DNA of 64,000 bases, taken from contig OX597831.1 in NCBI GenBank assembly GCA_951406725.2, positions 25,172,001-25,236,000 on the forward strand. Direction: 5' to 3'. How positions within the stretch are numbered: the first letter of the stretch is position 1; each line of letters opens with the position of its first letter. Shown in pieces: positions 11,826 to 25,383 of this stretch. The position numbers and the translations under genes were made by a program. This DNA comes from Octopus vulgaris. Its lineage: Eukaryota. The notes beneath the pieces are model-generated. The model made no database searches, was not told the DNA's origin, and saw nothing but the letters and a program-made list of their open reading frames with translations.

Positions 11826-12134
11826 GAAGGCACGTGGCTTAGTGGTTAGGGTATTTGGCTTGTGATCATAGGGTTGTGAGCTCGATTCCTGGCGGCATGT
11901 TGTGTTCTTAAGCAAGACATTTCATTGCAAGTTACTCCAGTTCACTCAGCTGGCAAAAATGAGTAGTACCTGTATTTCAAGGGGTCAGCCTTGTCACACT
12001 TTGTGTCACACTGAATCTCCCTGAGAAATATGTGAAGGGATATGTGTGTCTGTGGAGTGCTCCACCACTTGCATGTTAATCTCACAAGCAAGCTGTTCCA
12101 TTGGTCGGATCAACTGGAACCCTCATCATCGTAA
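11826..12134 (+). mobile_element. tRNA-head CORE-like SINE with family D 3' half
   Basis: A box TGGCTTAGTGG, B-box-like GAGCTCGATTCC, CORE-like TCTTAAGCAAGACATTTCA; 3' half matches reverse complement of 25012-25181. Confidence 0.8.
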
Positions 12135-13526
12135 GCAACAGAGTGCCAGTATTAAATATGTAACTGGTACTTATTTAGCAATCTCCAAACAGAGGAAAAG
12201 CCAATTTGATATCAGTCAAGGTTTGATTAATTGTACAGAATGAAAAACTCAAGACATTTTCTGATTACTTTTTATCATCTGTTGCTACTATAATCCAAGA
12301 ATATATAAAAAAAAATTTTGAAAATCCTCAAACTAACTGAGAAATTTTGGGGGGAAAATGTACAATTCTGCCACTTCTAGTCTTTTTCACTTGGGTAGGT
12401 GATTTCAAAACTGACTTTTGAGTGTTTCCATTAACATTAGATTTGCTGCTTTGAACATCACTTTGTTTCAAACTATGTCGGTATGTATTGCTTGCATCTT
12501 CATTTCCATGACATGAATATTGGTCGAAATAAGCTTTTTTTTACTCTGTCTAAACTGATAATCTCTTTTTTACCATGCATATCCAAAGTCATAGTTTGTT
12601 TCTCTCTCTCTATGTGTGTGTGTGTGTGGAGTATTATGCTACACTAAGATCAGAACCTTCCCTGGTGTTGGATCTTGAGCCTACAGTGGACCACAGACTG
12701 CATACTGAAGTATACTCTTGTGTGATTTTATGAATATGTTGGGTGTATTTGGTCTACACTTGTGGACGTATGCATAAATGGAAGGACAAATTTGTATATG
12801 ATTTTGTTGTATGAGTGTCCATACACACGTTATTACACAGGCATGCTATCCTCAGCTCTACCTTGGTGCTTTTGTTATCAAAATACCTTTATCTTATTGG
12901 ATCCTGAAAATAATTTTATATATATATATATATATAATCTCATCTTCTGCCACCTTGTCTCTATCTCTCTGTCCTCTTCTCCTCTTCTCTCACAATCTAT
13001 CGACACATTCTTCTCTTCACTCCTCAGGGGAGATAAAGAGGAAGAGATGTCCTTCATCTGTTGTAGCATCACAATAAATCATTTCTTTTTGAATCACAAT
13101 TGTTTTCAGTTACATAAGAGGTCCTAGAAAATGAATTAAAACTGAATTAAAGTGCCAAGAATTTTCATGATTAATTTTTCACTCGGGGGGAATATTAAAA
13201 TTTTTAATTTATAAACTGACTGGTATCATCTCAATGACCATTTTTTAAAAATTTTGTGTTTCGTTGCCTGATAATTATTGGTTGTTCATAGCTAATTAGT
13301 TCTTGTCTTTTAGCCCCAAGAAAGCCTTGATTAAGCAAATCTATGGCAGTTCCATCTTTTATTCCAGTAGTGTTTTTAAGATTACATTATCCAATGTATC
13401 ATGTCTTGCAATATATTAATGACATCAAGATCTGATCTGTGTGATCTTGTGACAGTTTTAACTGCTGTATCTACCAAATTGACAGACCACATAGAGGCTT
13501 TTGCCATAAACATATTTTACTCTAAT

Positions 13527-13945
13527 ATTTATTTCTTTATTGCCCACAGGGGAGCTAAACATAGAGGGGACAAACAAGGACAGACAAATGGATTAAGTCA
13601 ATTACATCGGCCCCAGTGCATAATTGGTACTTATTTAATCGACCCCAAAAGATGAAAGGCAAAGTTGACCTCAGCAGAATTTGAACTCAGATCGTAAAGA
13701 CAGACGAAATAGCTATTTCATTACTACCCACAAGGAGCTAAACACAGAGAGGACAAACAACGACAGACAAATGGATTAAGTCGATTATATCGACCCCAGT
13801 GCGTAACTGGTACTTATTTAATCGACCCCAAAAGGATGAAATGCAAAGTCAACCTCGGTGGAATTTGAACTCAGAACGTAGCTGCAGACAAAATACAGCT
13901 ATGCATTTCAACCGGCATGTTAACGTTTCTGCCAGCTCGCCACCT
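13527..13945 (-). mobile_element. Family B SINE dimer
   Basis: Two tandem units; junction GAAATA-GC-TATTTC at 13706-13719; head GCCAGCTCGCCACC at right end. Confidence 0.88.
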
Positions 13946-14864
13946 TCACACAGTTTCTGTATACCAAATTCTCTCACGAGGCCTTGCTTGACTTAGTGGC
14001 TATGGCTACGGTAGTAGACATTTGTCCAAGGTGCCACACAATGAGAATGGACCTGAAGCCAAATGGTTGCAAAGCAATCTTCTTAATCATTCAGCCAAGC
14101 TTGTGCCTACATATTCAATTAAGTTACTGTTTTAGAACTTTAATTGTTAACTTGTTACAAATTGCTATTTTATTATGTATTTGTTTTATAATTTTATTTT
14201 TGCATCAGATGATAGAGTAAATCTCTAGTATTGGTATGATAAAACCAGTCAAAATTCTGATAAAATTGTGAACTTAATTGAAAAATGTGTTATATTTGTG
14301 TCTCATAATTTTGCTATAAACTGAATAAATTGAAAAATATCATGAATTAATAGTTAATTCCAACAATAACCAAATTTTTGAATTTAATAACTAAATTGTT
14401 GGAAAATTTAATTTTTTAGTAATATCAAACTTTTAATCTATTTTTAATAAAATTGAACTATATTAGTCCAGGAGACTAATAGTAAATGTCTGCTGAGATT
14501 ATGATTTGTTCAATAAAGATAAGCTAATATTTTATATTGATGTGTGTTGGGATGAAAGGGAATTTCAGTTTTTAAGACATACTAATAGTTTTCTTGATAA
14601 GAATCTGTATTTTAGACATGAATTGAATGCTTTTAGGGACTTTGTTTTCTTCTTAAACATTGGGACTATGAAATCGTTTACTAATCAGTGTCAAAGCTAC
14701 CATAGCAAGATCAGGGTACTCTTTCATCTATCATAAATGGCAGTTGATTTTTTTTAGTATTCCACAGCCTTTAAAAAGGCAGATACATTGGATAATGTAG
14801 TCACAGGTGAAAAGAAATATTCTAGAAAAGAATTGGATAGAAATGAATGGAGTACCTAGTTTAC

Positions 14865-15350
14865 TATGACTGGTAGCAATGTGGTAAAAAGTTTGCTTCA
14901 CAACCACATGGTTCTGGGTTCAGTCCTGTGTGGTACCTTGGGTAAATATCTTCTAATATAGCCTCGGGCTGACAAAATCGTTGTGAGGTGATTTGATATC
15001 CAAAAACTAAAAGAAGCCCATAATACATGTATGTATGTATGTATGTATGTATGTATGTATGTATGTATGTATGTATGTATGTATGTATGTATGTATGTAT
15101 GTATGTATGTATGTATGTATGTATGTATGTATGTATGTATGTATGTATGTATGTATGTATGTATGTATGTACATACATATATATATATATATATATCTGT
15201 GTGTAGGTGTGTATGTTTGTCTCCCCACCACTACTTGACAATTGGTGTTGGTGTGTTTACACCTCCATAACATAGCGGTTCAGCAAAAGTGATTGATAGA
15301 GTAGGTACTAGGCTTAAAAAATACATCCTGTAGTCGATTTGTTGACTAAA
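14865..15350 (+). mobile_element. Diverged family A SINE with expanded (ATGT)n at 15027-15170
   Basis: GGTTCAGTCC B box; AAAGAAGCCC then about 36 ATGT units, then CTTGACAATTGGTGTTGGTGTGTTTAC. Confidence 0.8.
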
Positions 15351-15719
15351 ATATACAAACCTATAAGATACAAACCAGCTAAGTCACTAATTTCAGCAGA
15401 AACATTTGGCCCCATGCTAATTATAAGGGCTTCATCACTCTGCATTATCCTCTCTGTACTACAGTCAAAGACTAACATTTCACTGATAATTCTGTCATAC
15501 AAGCAGTTATGTGTCACAGCACTGGAGGTTATTAAATCGGTGGTTGTCTTGGTTAGAAATTGTTCGATATTAGAACTGGTTTAGCAGGAAATTGGTTAAC
15601 AGATTTTTCCAGATACTTAGTCAAATAAGTAGTAACATATAAAATTTTGTACTCTAATTACCAAACTATATGCTCACACACACACACACACATGCATATG
15701 TGTATGTATATATATATAT

Positions 15720-16092
15720 AAAAATTAGTAAAAAAAACACCTTTCATCAATTCAATAATGAAAAACTAGATTATACCATTTAGAAAAAATACATCTTGTA
15801 GAAAGATTAAATATAATATAAAACATATAACAATGATTAAGTAATGTGCAAAATAATAAATAAAACGTATATATTTGGTAGAATAACGACACGTGTTTCA
15901 TGGCTATATTTAAGACAGGATAATAGTAATAATAATAGTAAAATCACTTCAATATAAATATAATCACTCTTCAGGTTAAAGATAAAAACAAATAAAATAA
16001 TTAATTAGATAAATTAGTAAATATACGTAAGTCTTTTAATCTATATCCCTGTAAGTTTGGAATAATATTCCCTCATATTATTGTTATTATAT
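15720..16092 (-). mobile_element. Probable Penelope-like element (PLE) terminal-repeat remnant
   Basis: AT-rich segment between (TA)n tracts that carries a hammerhead fold; right end homologous to 62980-63020; no RT/GIY-YIG coding sequence seen. Confidence 0.55.
15884..15978 (-). ncRNA. Type I hammerhead ribozyme motif
   Basis: Minus strand: UAAC-CUGAAGA-GUGAUUAUAUUUA...UAAAUAUAGCCAU-GAA-ACACGUGU-C-GUUA; intact core, 13-bp stem II (1 mismatch), palindromic stem III, GUC triplet. Confidence 0.75.
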
Positions 16093-16465
16093 AGATATAT
16101 ATATATATATGTCTATACATATATACACAATGTATATCATATACATATACGTACTTACACTCTAAATACATCATATATATAGTATATGATACACACATCT
16201 GTATGTATGTAATTATGTATGTATAGGCATGTTACCATGTATATAGGCATCAGTGTAGGAAAGCATGTAAGTGGTGAAATATATAAACAAATGGCATGAG
16301 AAATATAAATATGGATATATTTACAGAGAATAGATTAAGAGATTCAAATGAAGTCAGTAAAGCATAAACAGATTAAAGATAAACAAAACTTACAGCAATC
16401 CATTTTATAAGGAAAACATTTATTAAATGTATTTGTGTGTGTGTATCTCTGTGCATAATTTACCT

Positions 16466-16499
<34 letters not shown>

Positions 16500-16593
16500 C
16501 ACACATACATATATATACATGTATATATATATATATATATGTATATATTATATATATATATATATGTATATATTATATATATATGTATATATC

Positions 16594-16634
<41 letters not shown>

Positions 16635-16637
16635 CAT

Positions 16638-16683
<46 letters not shown>

Positions 16684-17433
16684 ATAAGTAATATAAACGT
16701 TGGTTGCCAAGGCAAAACTCTACTTCAAGTCTTTTAGTGGCATGAGAAATGCAAGATAGAACCCCAACTAAGATGCAGCGATGTGGTTAAATACAATACG
16801 GAGACTGGTCATCAATGCTCACAGCAGGAGCACTGTGGCTGGGAACAGAAAACTGTGGATACAATTCAATTTGGATACAATGACTCAAGGCATTTCACAT
16901 GAACAGTCATCATCAACTATGAGCAGTTTGCCTGTGGTGATGATACACAGGCATACATATATATACACACATGTGTGTGCATTACATCTATATCTCACAA
17001 ATATATATATATATATATACATATATTTATACACACACGCACATGGATATGTACTCTCACATACACATATAAATTCCTATTATGCTTGCATCTCAATTTT
17101 GAGTATTGTCATTGCTTGTTATTTCTCTTCAATGAGAGCAACACATATGTGGCTTTTCAATCTTGCTAGGATCCAACATTTTTTCTACAAATATGACAAT
17201 GATGGACACCTCTTGCAATTGGTGTACAGTGAGCTTACAGCACATGCTGACAGGTGCTTGCTTTTCATCATGGAATCTTTCATTGACTGCTTTGCTTTTT
17301 CCAATTATAGACATCCATAGAATTTAAAACATAAAAAAGGTGTTAAAAATCATGTGATTCCTCTACCTGATGCTTTTAAAACTGAGGAAAAGAAAGCAAA
17401 GACCTTGCATGGGTTCACTTCCACTCTCTAAAC

Positions 17434-17652
17434 CAGTGGTTTTCAACCAGGGTTCCACGGAACCTTAGGGTTCCGCCAGTACAGTCTAGGGGTTCTGCAA
17501 GAAGTTACAAAACTGCTAAAATCGGCATTAAGTTTTAATTCTCCTGTGCAGATATGTGTGCATAAGACTATTAAATTATTGCACAGGGGTTCCTCGAGCC
17601 AGTGGAATGTTTCCCAGGGGTTCTGCTCCAGCAAAAAGTTTGAAAAGCACTG
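17434..17652. mobile_element. hAT (Charlie-like) MITE (219 bp)
   Basis: 8-bp TSD CTCTAAAC (17426-17433, 17653-17660); 15-bp TIR CAGTGGTTTTCAACC / GTTTGAAAAGCACTG (2 mismatches); subterminal GGGTTC repeats. Confidence 0.92.
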
Positions 17653-17954
17653 CTCTAAACAATGTATGCATTTGCCCCATCATTAGATGCTTCAAAGTTG
17701 TGGGTTTTACATCAGAGTTTTCCATTTGCAAGTGAGATGTCTAAACAAAGACTAAGAATTTTCATTCTTAGTTGCTGAATGGTCATTGGCTCTCCCAAGT
17801 TCATCCACTCTTTGTCAAGTTTTGTATTTTGTCCAGCAGGATGTCCAACAAAAGCCACTCACCTTACAAAGCAGGCTCAGCATGTTTGCTGGTTTTATCA
17901 CAAACTGTTACAAGTTAAAACACCCATGCTAGTGACTCCTCTAAAGCACGACTG

Positions 17955-18120
17955 GAGTTTAGTACCAGGTAAAAAGCACCCAGTACGTTCTGTGAAGTAG
18001 CTGGTGTTAGTAAGGGCATCCAGCCACAGAAACCAAACCAAAATAGGGCAACTCTCTGGCTTTCCAGCCCCTGTCAAACTGTCCAAACCATGCGAACATA
18101 GGGAATGGACATTAAATGTC
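17955..18120 (+). mobile_element. Diverged family C (RTE 3' UTR) fragment
   Basis: GTAAAAAGCACCCAGTAC...AAGGGCATCCAGC...GGACATTAAATG. Confidence 0.65.
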
Positions 18121-18313
18121 TAACCAGATCTAACCTCCCAATTCTTTCATCTTGCTTACTCTCTCCATATTTTCTCTTAAATTCGCTCTCTCTCTCCCCC
18201 ACTTGCTCACCTTCTAAATTCTCTTCTTTCAAGGACTACTTCCTTTCCAAATAAACACTAATAACTCTCTGACATTCCCTATCATCCTCCATTGTGTCCA
18301 AGCTCTCTTGGAC

Positions 18314-18660
18314 ATCATCATCATCATCATCGTTTAACGTCAGTTTTCTGTGCTAGCATGGGTTGGACTGTTCGACCGAGGTCTGGGAAGCCAGGAGGCT
18401 GCCCCAGGCTCCTCAGTCTGATCTGGCAGTGTTTCTACAGCTGAATGCCCTTCCTAATGCCAACCATTCCGTGAGTGTAGTGAGTGCTTTTTACGTGCCA
18501 CTGACACAGGGGCCAGAGGAGGCTGGCAAACGGCCATGATCGGTTGGTGCTTTTTACATGTCACCAACACGGTCGCCAGTCAGGCGGCACTGGCATCAGC
18601 CACATTCGGACGGTGCTTTTTACGTGGCACTGGCACTGGTGTCATAACTACGATTTCCAT
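18314..18660 (-). mobile_element. Family C: RTE LINE 3' UTR with hairpin repeat array and (GAT)n tail
   Basis: (CAT)n-CGTTTAACGTC end; GCCCTTCCTAATGCCAACC; three GTGCTTTTTAC(G/A)TG units. Confidence 0.8.
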
Positions 18661-19640
18661 TTGATTTTTATTTTGATGTTGGTGTTGACGTACTTGACTC
18701 CATGACAAAGAAAAAGAAAGTTTCTTTCTTCCAAAAGAAAGGCTTTCTTTGAATCCGCAAAACTTTCCTCATATCACCATAAAAACTTAAGAAACTATAA
18801 CACTGATCATTATATGCAATTTCTGCTGACACAGACCAACACCAGACTCCTGAGGTTCTGTTCTTTTATTTCACATGTGTGTGTGTGTGTGTGCATGCAT
18901 GCACATGCATCTATAATTACACATAGCATGCATGCACACATGGAAACATGTGGGCATTGAAGCATATGTACAATAATAATGACAAAATCTAGAAACATCC
19001 TGCTGTTTGATTCACTCAGAATCTGTATGTATTAATTTCCTTCGACCACTTTCTATGTTAACTTATAAAATGGTTCTGGATACATTTTCTGTTAAGAGTT
19101 TATTAGCTTATCTAATTTGAGCAAAAATGAATAATGAAAACATATATTGATTCCATTATTTGTTTGCTTTTGTTTGTTGCTGTTGTTATTGTCCTTATAG
19201 CATTATTGATTGATAGTTTAATATCTCAAGCCCTCACACGTAGAATGTTCTTTCACTTGATCAGGTATTTTATTAGAACAAATTTCCATGTTGTATTATT
19301 GTTTGTTGTTAAGTAATGTAAAAGTGAAGAAACTAGCCTCAGAACCTGTCCTCTGTTGTCCCTGGGCTATAGCTCTGTTATTTCAGAAGTAGTGTTGGTG
19401 AAGTATTATTGTTTGCTTATGACATTAGCAATCCCACTCTCTTTCTCTCACACACACATGCATTCTCTCTCTCTCTCTCTCCTTCACAAGCATGTACACA
19501 CACAATGTAGGAAAGAAAATGAATGTTACCTTATTAGGTGTAATCTTGTGGAAATATTTATTTTCCACAGCTAAATGAATATATCAGTTCTACAAGTGTC
19601 GACTTGTTTGCTACCCATTCAATACATTTCGCAAAAGGAA

Positions 19641-20044
19641 CTCTCTTTTACTTGTTTCAGTCATTTGAATGTGGCCATGCTGGGGCACCGCCTTTAATCG
19701 AGCAACTCGACCCTGGGACTTATTCTTTGTAAGCCCAGTACTTATTCTATCGGTCTCTGTTGCCAAACTGCTAAGTGACGGGGACATAAACACACCAGCA
19801 ACGGTTGTCAAGCAATGCTAGGGGGACAAACACAGGCACACAAACATACGCGCACACACACCTATATATATACATATATACTACGGGCTTCTTTCAGTTT
19901 CCATCTACCAAATCCACTCACAAGGCTTTGGTCAGCCCGAGGCTATAGTAGAAGACACTTGCCCAAAGTGCCACGCAGTGGGACTGAACCTGGAACCATG
20001 TGGCTGGTAAGCAAGCTACTTACCACACAGCCACTCCTAGGCCT
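19641..20044 (-). mobile_element. Family A SINE
   Basis: Full colinear copy. Confidence 0.9.
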
Positions 20045-21889
20045 ATAGGGAAACTTCAATAAGTGAATGAGTTAATGTTTTATTTTATTTTTTTTTTGTT
20101 TTATTTAACATATTGAATGAAATGATGATTGGAAGAGCCTATGTTTGTTAAGCCATTATATAAATTATGTTGTCTTTGTGTACAATTCATGTATTGTCAT
20201 TTCATAATGTATTTTCTGTTTAATTACTTTGATTATTATTTATATTATTTCCTTGTCCTATGACTTTATTTCCTTTCATTAAAAAAATTGTGGTGGTTAC
20301 AGGATGACCTGTGGCTAAACAGTATAGCAGGATCAACAATGAAATTACACATCAGTTGTCAGATAACTCAGAAATTCATCATTGAATTATTTCCTCTCTC
20401 TCTCTCTATCTCTTTTTTTTTTTATTTAATTTCTATGAGAAAATTAACTGATCAAACAAATCATTCTAACGACATTTCTGTCATGATTATGGTCATGTTA
20501 ATAAATATTTATGACAGAGATGTATGGTCAGCAATTTTAAAATAAACAGATTTTTTTGTTCAGAGAAACTTTGCCTCCACTGTGTAAATCATTTTATTAT
20601 AACTCCGTTATATAGAAAACAAAATTGAGCTAAGGGAAATAACTCAAATATGCCCATGGCAAATATTGAGAATGAATAAGTGTTAATGCATGTACAGAAT
20701 GACATATGGAAGAATATTTTGTGAGTTTGAGAAGAAAACATTATCGGCATTTCTTTCTAACTAAAATATAAAATGGGTGATAAGTCCAGTAAATTAAGAA
20801 AGGGTGTGTGTATGTATGTATGTATGTATGTGTGAGTGTATGTATTTGATGGTTGCATAGATAGAATCAGTGTTATCAATATATATTGTTGTAGAATGAA
20901 ATATTTATGTTCCAGTGATCAGATGAGCTAGATTTCTTTATTTGCAGTGGTTTGTGTATATACAGTTATACTACGTAATGCTGGCCAGACATATTATTAC
21001 AAACACGTATGCATAATTTCTTCCATACTGAAATTAATACAACATGAAGAAGATTGTGAAATGGCTGTAACACTATGGAAGTCCATGTAGTTAAATGAAT
21101 ATATGCTTACTTCCCATACCTCTTGACTTCATGGTTTTATATATATATAGAAAGAACTTTTTGTGATAATACATTGTAACTTCAAGTTTCAAGCTCAGTT
21201 TTGCCAAGCAGTCATCAAACACAACTAAGCCACTTCTAGAACATTTGTGATATATAGAGCATTATTATAAAGAAACTTCTGGTGTTGCAGTTTGGGCAAA
21301 AAAAAAAAGATAAATAAGTAAATAGTTGTCAGGATCATAATTCATATATAAATATACTTGGTGGTTATTTTTTTCTTTTTGCATGCTAAGACATAGCATA
21401 GTTGAAGAACTTCAAAAAAGATATGTGACTGACTTAAAAAAGACATGATTAGGGAAAAGCATAAAAATTCTTCTATATGGAACATGATTATGGGAATTCA
21501 AAAAAGTCAAAAATATAATATGCCTCTAAAAATCCCAGTATGTTTGACTTCTTAGATTCTTCATTCAGCAGGAATCTTCCTTAGCAAAAGATTTGGCCAA
21601 AATGGAACCCCAGTTGTAAGCACTCCACTCATTTCTTAATCCCATAAGAATATTTATTTATGAAAGTTTGTGATACACAGACACACACACACACACATGC
21701 TTTCATTAATTATACACTCTTGCTCTTGTTAGATAGAACAAGTGACTTGCATTTACTCTGATGATTTTCCATGGTGACACCCTCCCTATCACTTTGCCAA
21801 AAAATTGTGTCGCAAAAACTAGGATTCAATTTTAGAACCAATGAAAGCGTTTTATTCAATATTACATACCTATTACACATGTGCCTGTA

Positions 21890-22350
21890 TTTATAATTAA
21901 ATGTGTGTTTGTGTGGTTTTAATTTAACATGTGATTCTGATATGTGTTTCTACTTGAATGTGTATGCTTTTATAATTCAATATGAGAATGTTTCTAACTA
22001 AGTATATTTATTAATGAATATGTATATCTATTTCTAAAAGGATATGTGTAAGTGAATAGCTATCTGAATTTATATCTGAATATATGTTTGTGTATGTGTT
22101 TATAACTAAATATTTGTATGTGTTTACAACTGAATATGTGTAAGCACTTATAATTGAATATATGACTACATCTGTAAGTGAAATTGTATGTATATGTGTG
22201 TATGTGTTTAATTTACCATATGAACATAGTTTTATTTAATTATTCTTGTGTTTGTAAATGAATGTGTGTATGTAACTAAATGTGCATGAGCTTACAGTTC
22301 AGTGTGTATCTCTTCAGAGTTGACTGTGTGTCTCTGTTTCTAATTAAACG
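21890..22350. repeat. Degenerate minisatellite, about 22-30-bp unit resembling TTTATAACTGAATATGTGTATGTG
   Basis: Recurring TAA(C/T)T(G/A)AAT(A/G)TGT motifs at roughly regular spacing. Confidence 0.5.
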
Positions 22351-22449
22351 TACGTATATACAGGGTGTTACCTCCAGCATAAATATTGTAATTAATGTGT
22401 AATAGCTGTTTGTATGCAAACATGACATGCATACATACAAACGTATATT

Positions 22450-22860
22450 TATATATATATATATATATCATCATCATCATCATATATATATGTATATGTA
22501 TGCATATATATGTATGTATATATATATATGTATGTATATATGTGTATGTATATATATATATATATATGTATGTATATATGTGTCTGTATATATGTATAAG
22601 TATATATATATATATGTATATATATATGTATATATATGTATATATGTATGTATATATGTATATATATATATATGTATATATATGTGTATATGTATATATG
22701 TATATGTATATATGTGTATATATATGTGTATATGTATATATATGTGTATATATATATATGTGTGTATGTGTGTGTGTATATATGTATATGTGTATGTATT
22801 ATGATTTTATATATATATATATATGCACATACATACACACACACACACACAGGTGTGTGT
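22450..22860. repeat. Compound (TA)/(TG) microsatellite
   Basis: Direct reading. Confidence 0.95.
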
Positions 22861-23262
22861 GTTTTGTATGATAGTGAATCAAGGTTCGTTCGGGCATGAA
22901 TGTGATGTGCTTTATGCGTGTATATGAACATGCCTTACAGTTACGAGTCTATTTGAATAGGTCTGTGTTTGTGTGTAAAATAAGTTGTATGCTTTTTACC
23001 TGGTTTTGTGAATAAGTTTTTTTATCTTTCAACATGTGTGCAAGTGTGTGCATGTTTGTGTGCGTGTGTGTGTGTGTCTGATTTACATAGCAGAAAAGAG
23101 AAAAGCTGTAGTTAATGTGGTTATGTACTATATCTTCGGTGAGATAGAAAAAAAAATATTTACGCATCTGTGTACTGTGTTTTGTGTGTTTGAGAGCAAG
23201 ACGGTGTGTTTAGTCATTAGCGAATCAGTGAACATACCTGATTATTTCAAATAATATGTTCG

Positions 23263-23302
<40 letters not shown>

Positions 23303-23677
23303 GAACATGTTTAGGTATGTGAGGACGGTGTTTTTTATTTGTCTTTTTTTAATGTATTTTTCTATGTTTGAGAGAGTATGGATTGTATGTGTGGGTGAGA
23401 GAGAGAGAGAGTGTGTGTGTGTGTGTAAGAGAGAAAGAGAGACTATTTGTGTAAAGTGTGTATGCATGAATGTGTGTGTGAGGGAAGAGACAGAGGGAGA
23501 GTGTCTGTAAGAGAGGGAAAGAAAATGAATGTGTGTGTGTGTGTACATGTAAAGTATTCAATAAAGAAGATATTGATGTGAAAGTTTGGTTGGTTGCCTA
23601 AATTATCTCCCAATCTCAGCTGTATTTAAGTCACCAGACAAAACAATAACACACACACATACACACAAATGCATGCA

Positions 23678-23679
<2 letters not shown>

Positions 23680-23755
<76 letters not shown>
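23680..23755. repeat. (CA)n microsatellite
   Basis: Direct reading. Confidence 0.97.
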
Positions 23756-23757
<2 letters not shown>

Positions 23758-24059
23758 CAGACTCCTTCTTTCACTCTTTTACATCTCTTTCTCCCTATCT
23801 CAATCATTTTCTCTCTCTCATGTCTCCTATTCTCTCTTACCCCCTCCCTCCCTCTTTGCCTATCATTCTATCTTTCTTCCTCTATCTCTCTTTTTCTTAA
23901 TCTTCATCACAGTCTTTCTCTCTCTCGCTCTCTCTCTCTCTCTCCTTTTACTCTCACTCTGTTTCTTCCTCTCGCCTTCCTCTTTACTTTAATTCCCCAC
24001 TGTTAATTTTTCTTCTTTCTTCTCAAAACAATAACTTCATTAAAAATAGAAATTAAAAT

Positions 24060-24144
24060 AATAATGATTATAATAACCAATAATGTTAATAATAATAATA
24101 ATAATAATGATAATAATAATAATGGCGATAATAATAATAATGGC

Positions 24145-24185
<41 letters not shown>

Positions 24186-24211
24186 TAATAATAATGGTAA
24201 TAATAATAATA

Positions 24212-24271
<60 letters not shown>

Positions 24272-24305
24272 TATAATAATAATAGTTATAACAACAACAT
24301 CAATA
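24060..24305. repeat. (AAT)n microsatellite, interrupted
   Basis: Direct reading. Confidence 0.95.
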
Positions 24306-24911
24306 ATGTTATAGATTTCTATGCTAGAATTCTAGTTAAACCTTTAATTCTAATAAATAGACGTATTTTTATTTTATTGTCATATATGAATTCAGCTGTA
24401 TGATGAGGCAGTCAAGTAAAATATTTTCTTGAAAAACCGAAACTGTATTTCTTGAATTCTTTTTATTTCACTTTACTCAATTTATTTTTGTCATTTTAAA
24501 TATTCGTTACAGATGTAATAGCTTTTCATACAATTTATAAATTTTTGTCACTATTTGTTAAATTTATCAATGCAATCATCTCGTCTTCGTGTAGTCATTC
24601 TGGAGTCTGTTACAGTTTTCTTTTAAGTGTGTAGGTGTGTGTGTGTGTGTGTGCTGTTGTTGCTGTTGTTGCTAATTGTGTCTTGGAGTGCTTGCTACTC
24701 TGAATATGCTAAGATATTTCTTGTTATCTTTTGTATTTTATAATGATTTCAGTCAGTGGGCTGTGACCAAGCTGGAGCACTGTCTTAAGGAATCATATGA
24801 ATCCTTAGGATTTTTTTCCAGTTCAATACTTATTTTATTGATCGTGATTATTGATTGGCTGAGTTGCTTTTCTCATAAATGAAACAATTCTGCACATTAT
24901 TTTATACCAGC

Positions 24912-24972
<61 letters not shown>

Positions 24973-25000
24973 TATAGATAGATATAGATATAGATATAGA

Positions 25001-25383
25001 AGCACTAAGTCGGTTACGACGACGAGGGTTCCGGTTGATCCGAATCAACGGAACAGCCTGCTCGTGAAATTAACATGTAAGTGGCTGAGCATTCCACAGA
25101 CACGTGTACCCTTAACGTAGCTCTCGGGGATATTCAGCGTGACACAGTGAGTGACAAGGCTGGCCCTTTGAAATACAGGTACAACAGAAACAGGAAGTAA
25201 GAGTGAGAGAAAGTTGTGGCGAAAGAGTACAGCAGAGATCACCACCACCCCCTGCCGGAGCCTCATGGAGCTTTTTTAGGTGTTTTCGCTCAATAAACAC
25301 TCACAACGCCTGGTCTGGGAATCGAAACCGTGATCCTACGACCGCGAGTCTGCCGCCCTAACCACTGGGCCATTGCGCCTCCA
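25001..25383 (-). mobile_element. tRNA-derived SINE, family D, near full length
   Basis: Minus-strand head GGCGCAATGGCCCAGTGGTTAGGG...GGTTTCGATTCCC (A and B boxes); second copy at 26121-26433; sits in (GATATA)n. Confidence 0.85.

Noticed and set aside
25310-25383. tRNA gene candidate
   Set aside because: Has A and B boxes but no convincing cloverleaf and continues into a multi-copy SINE body
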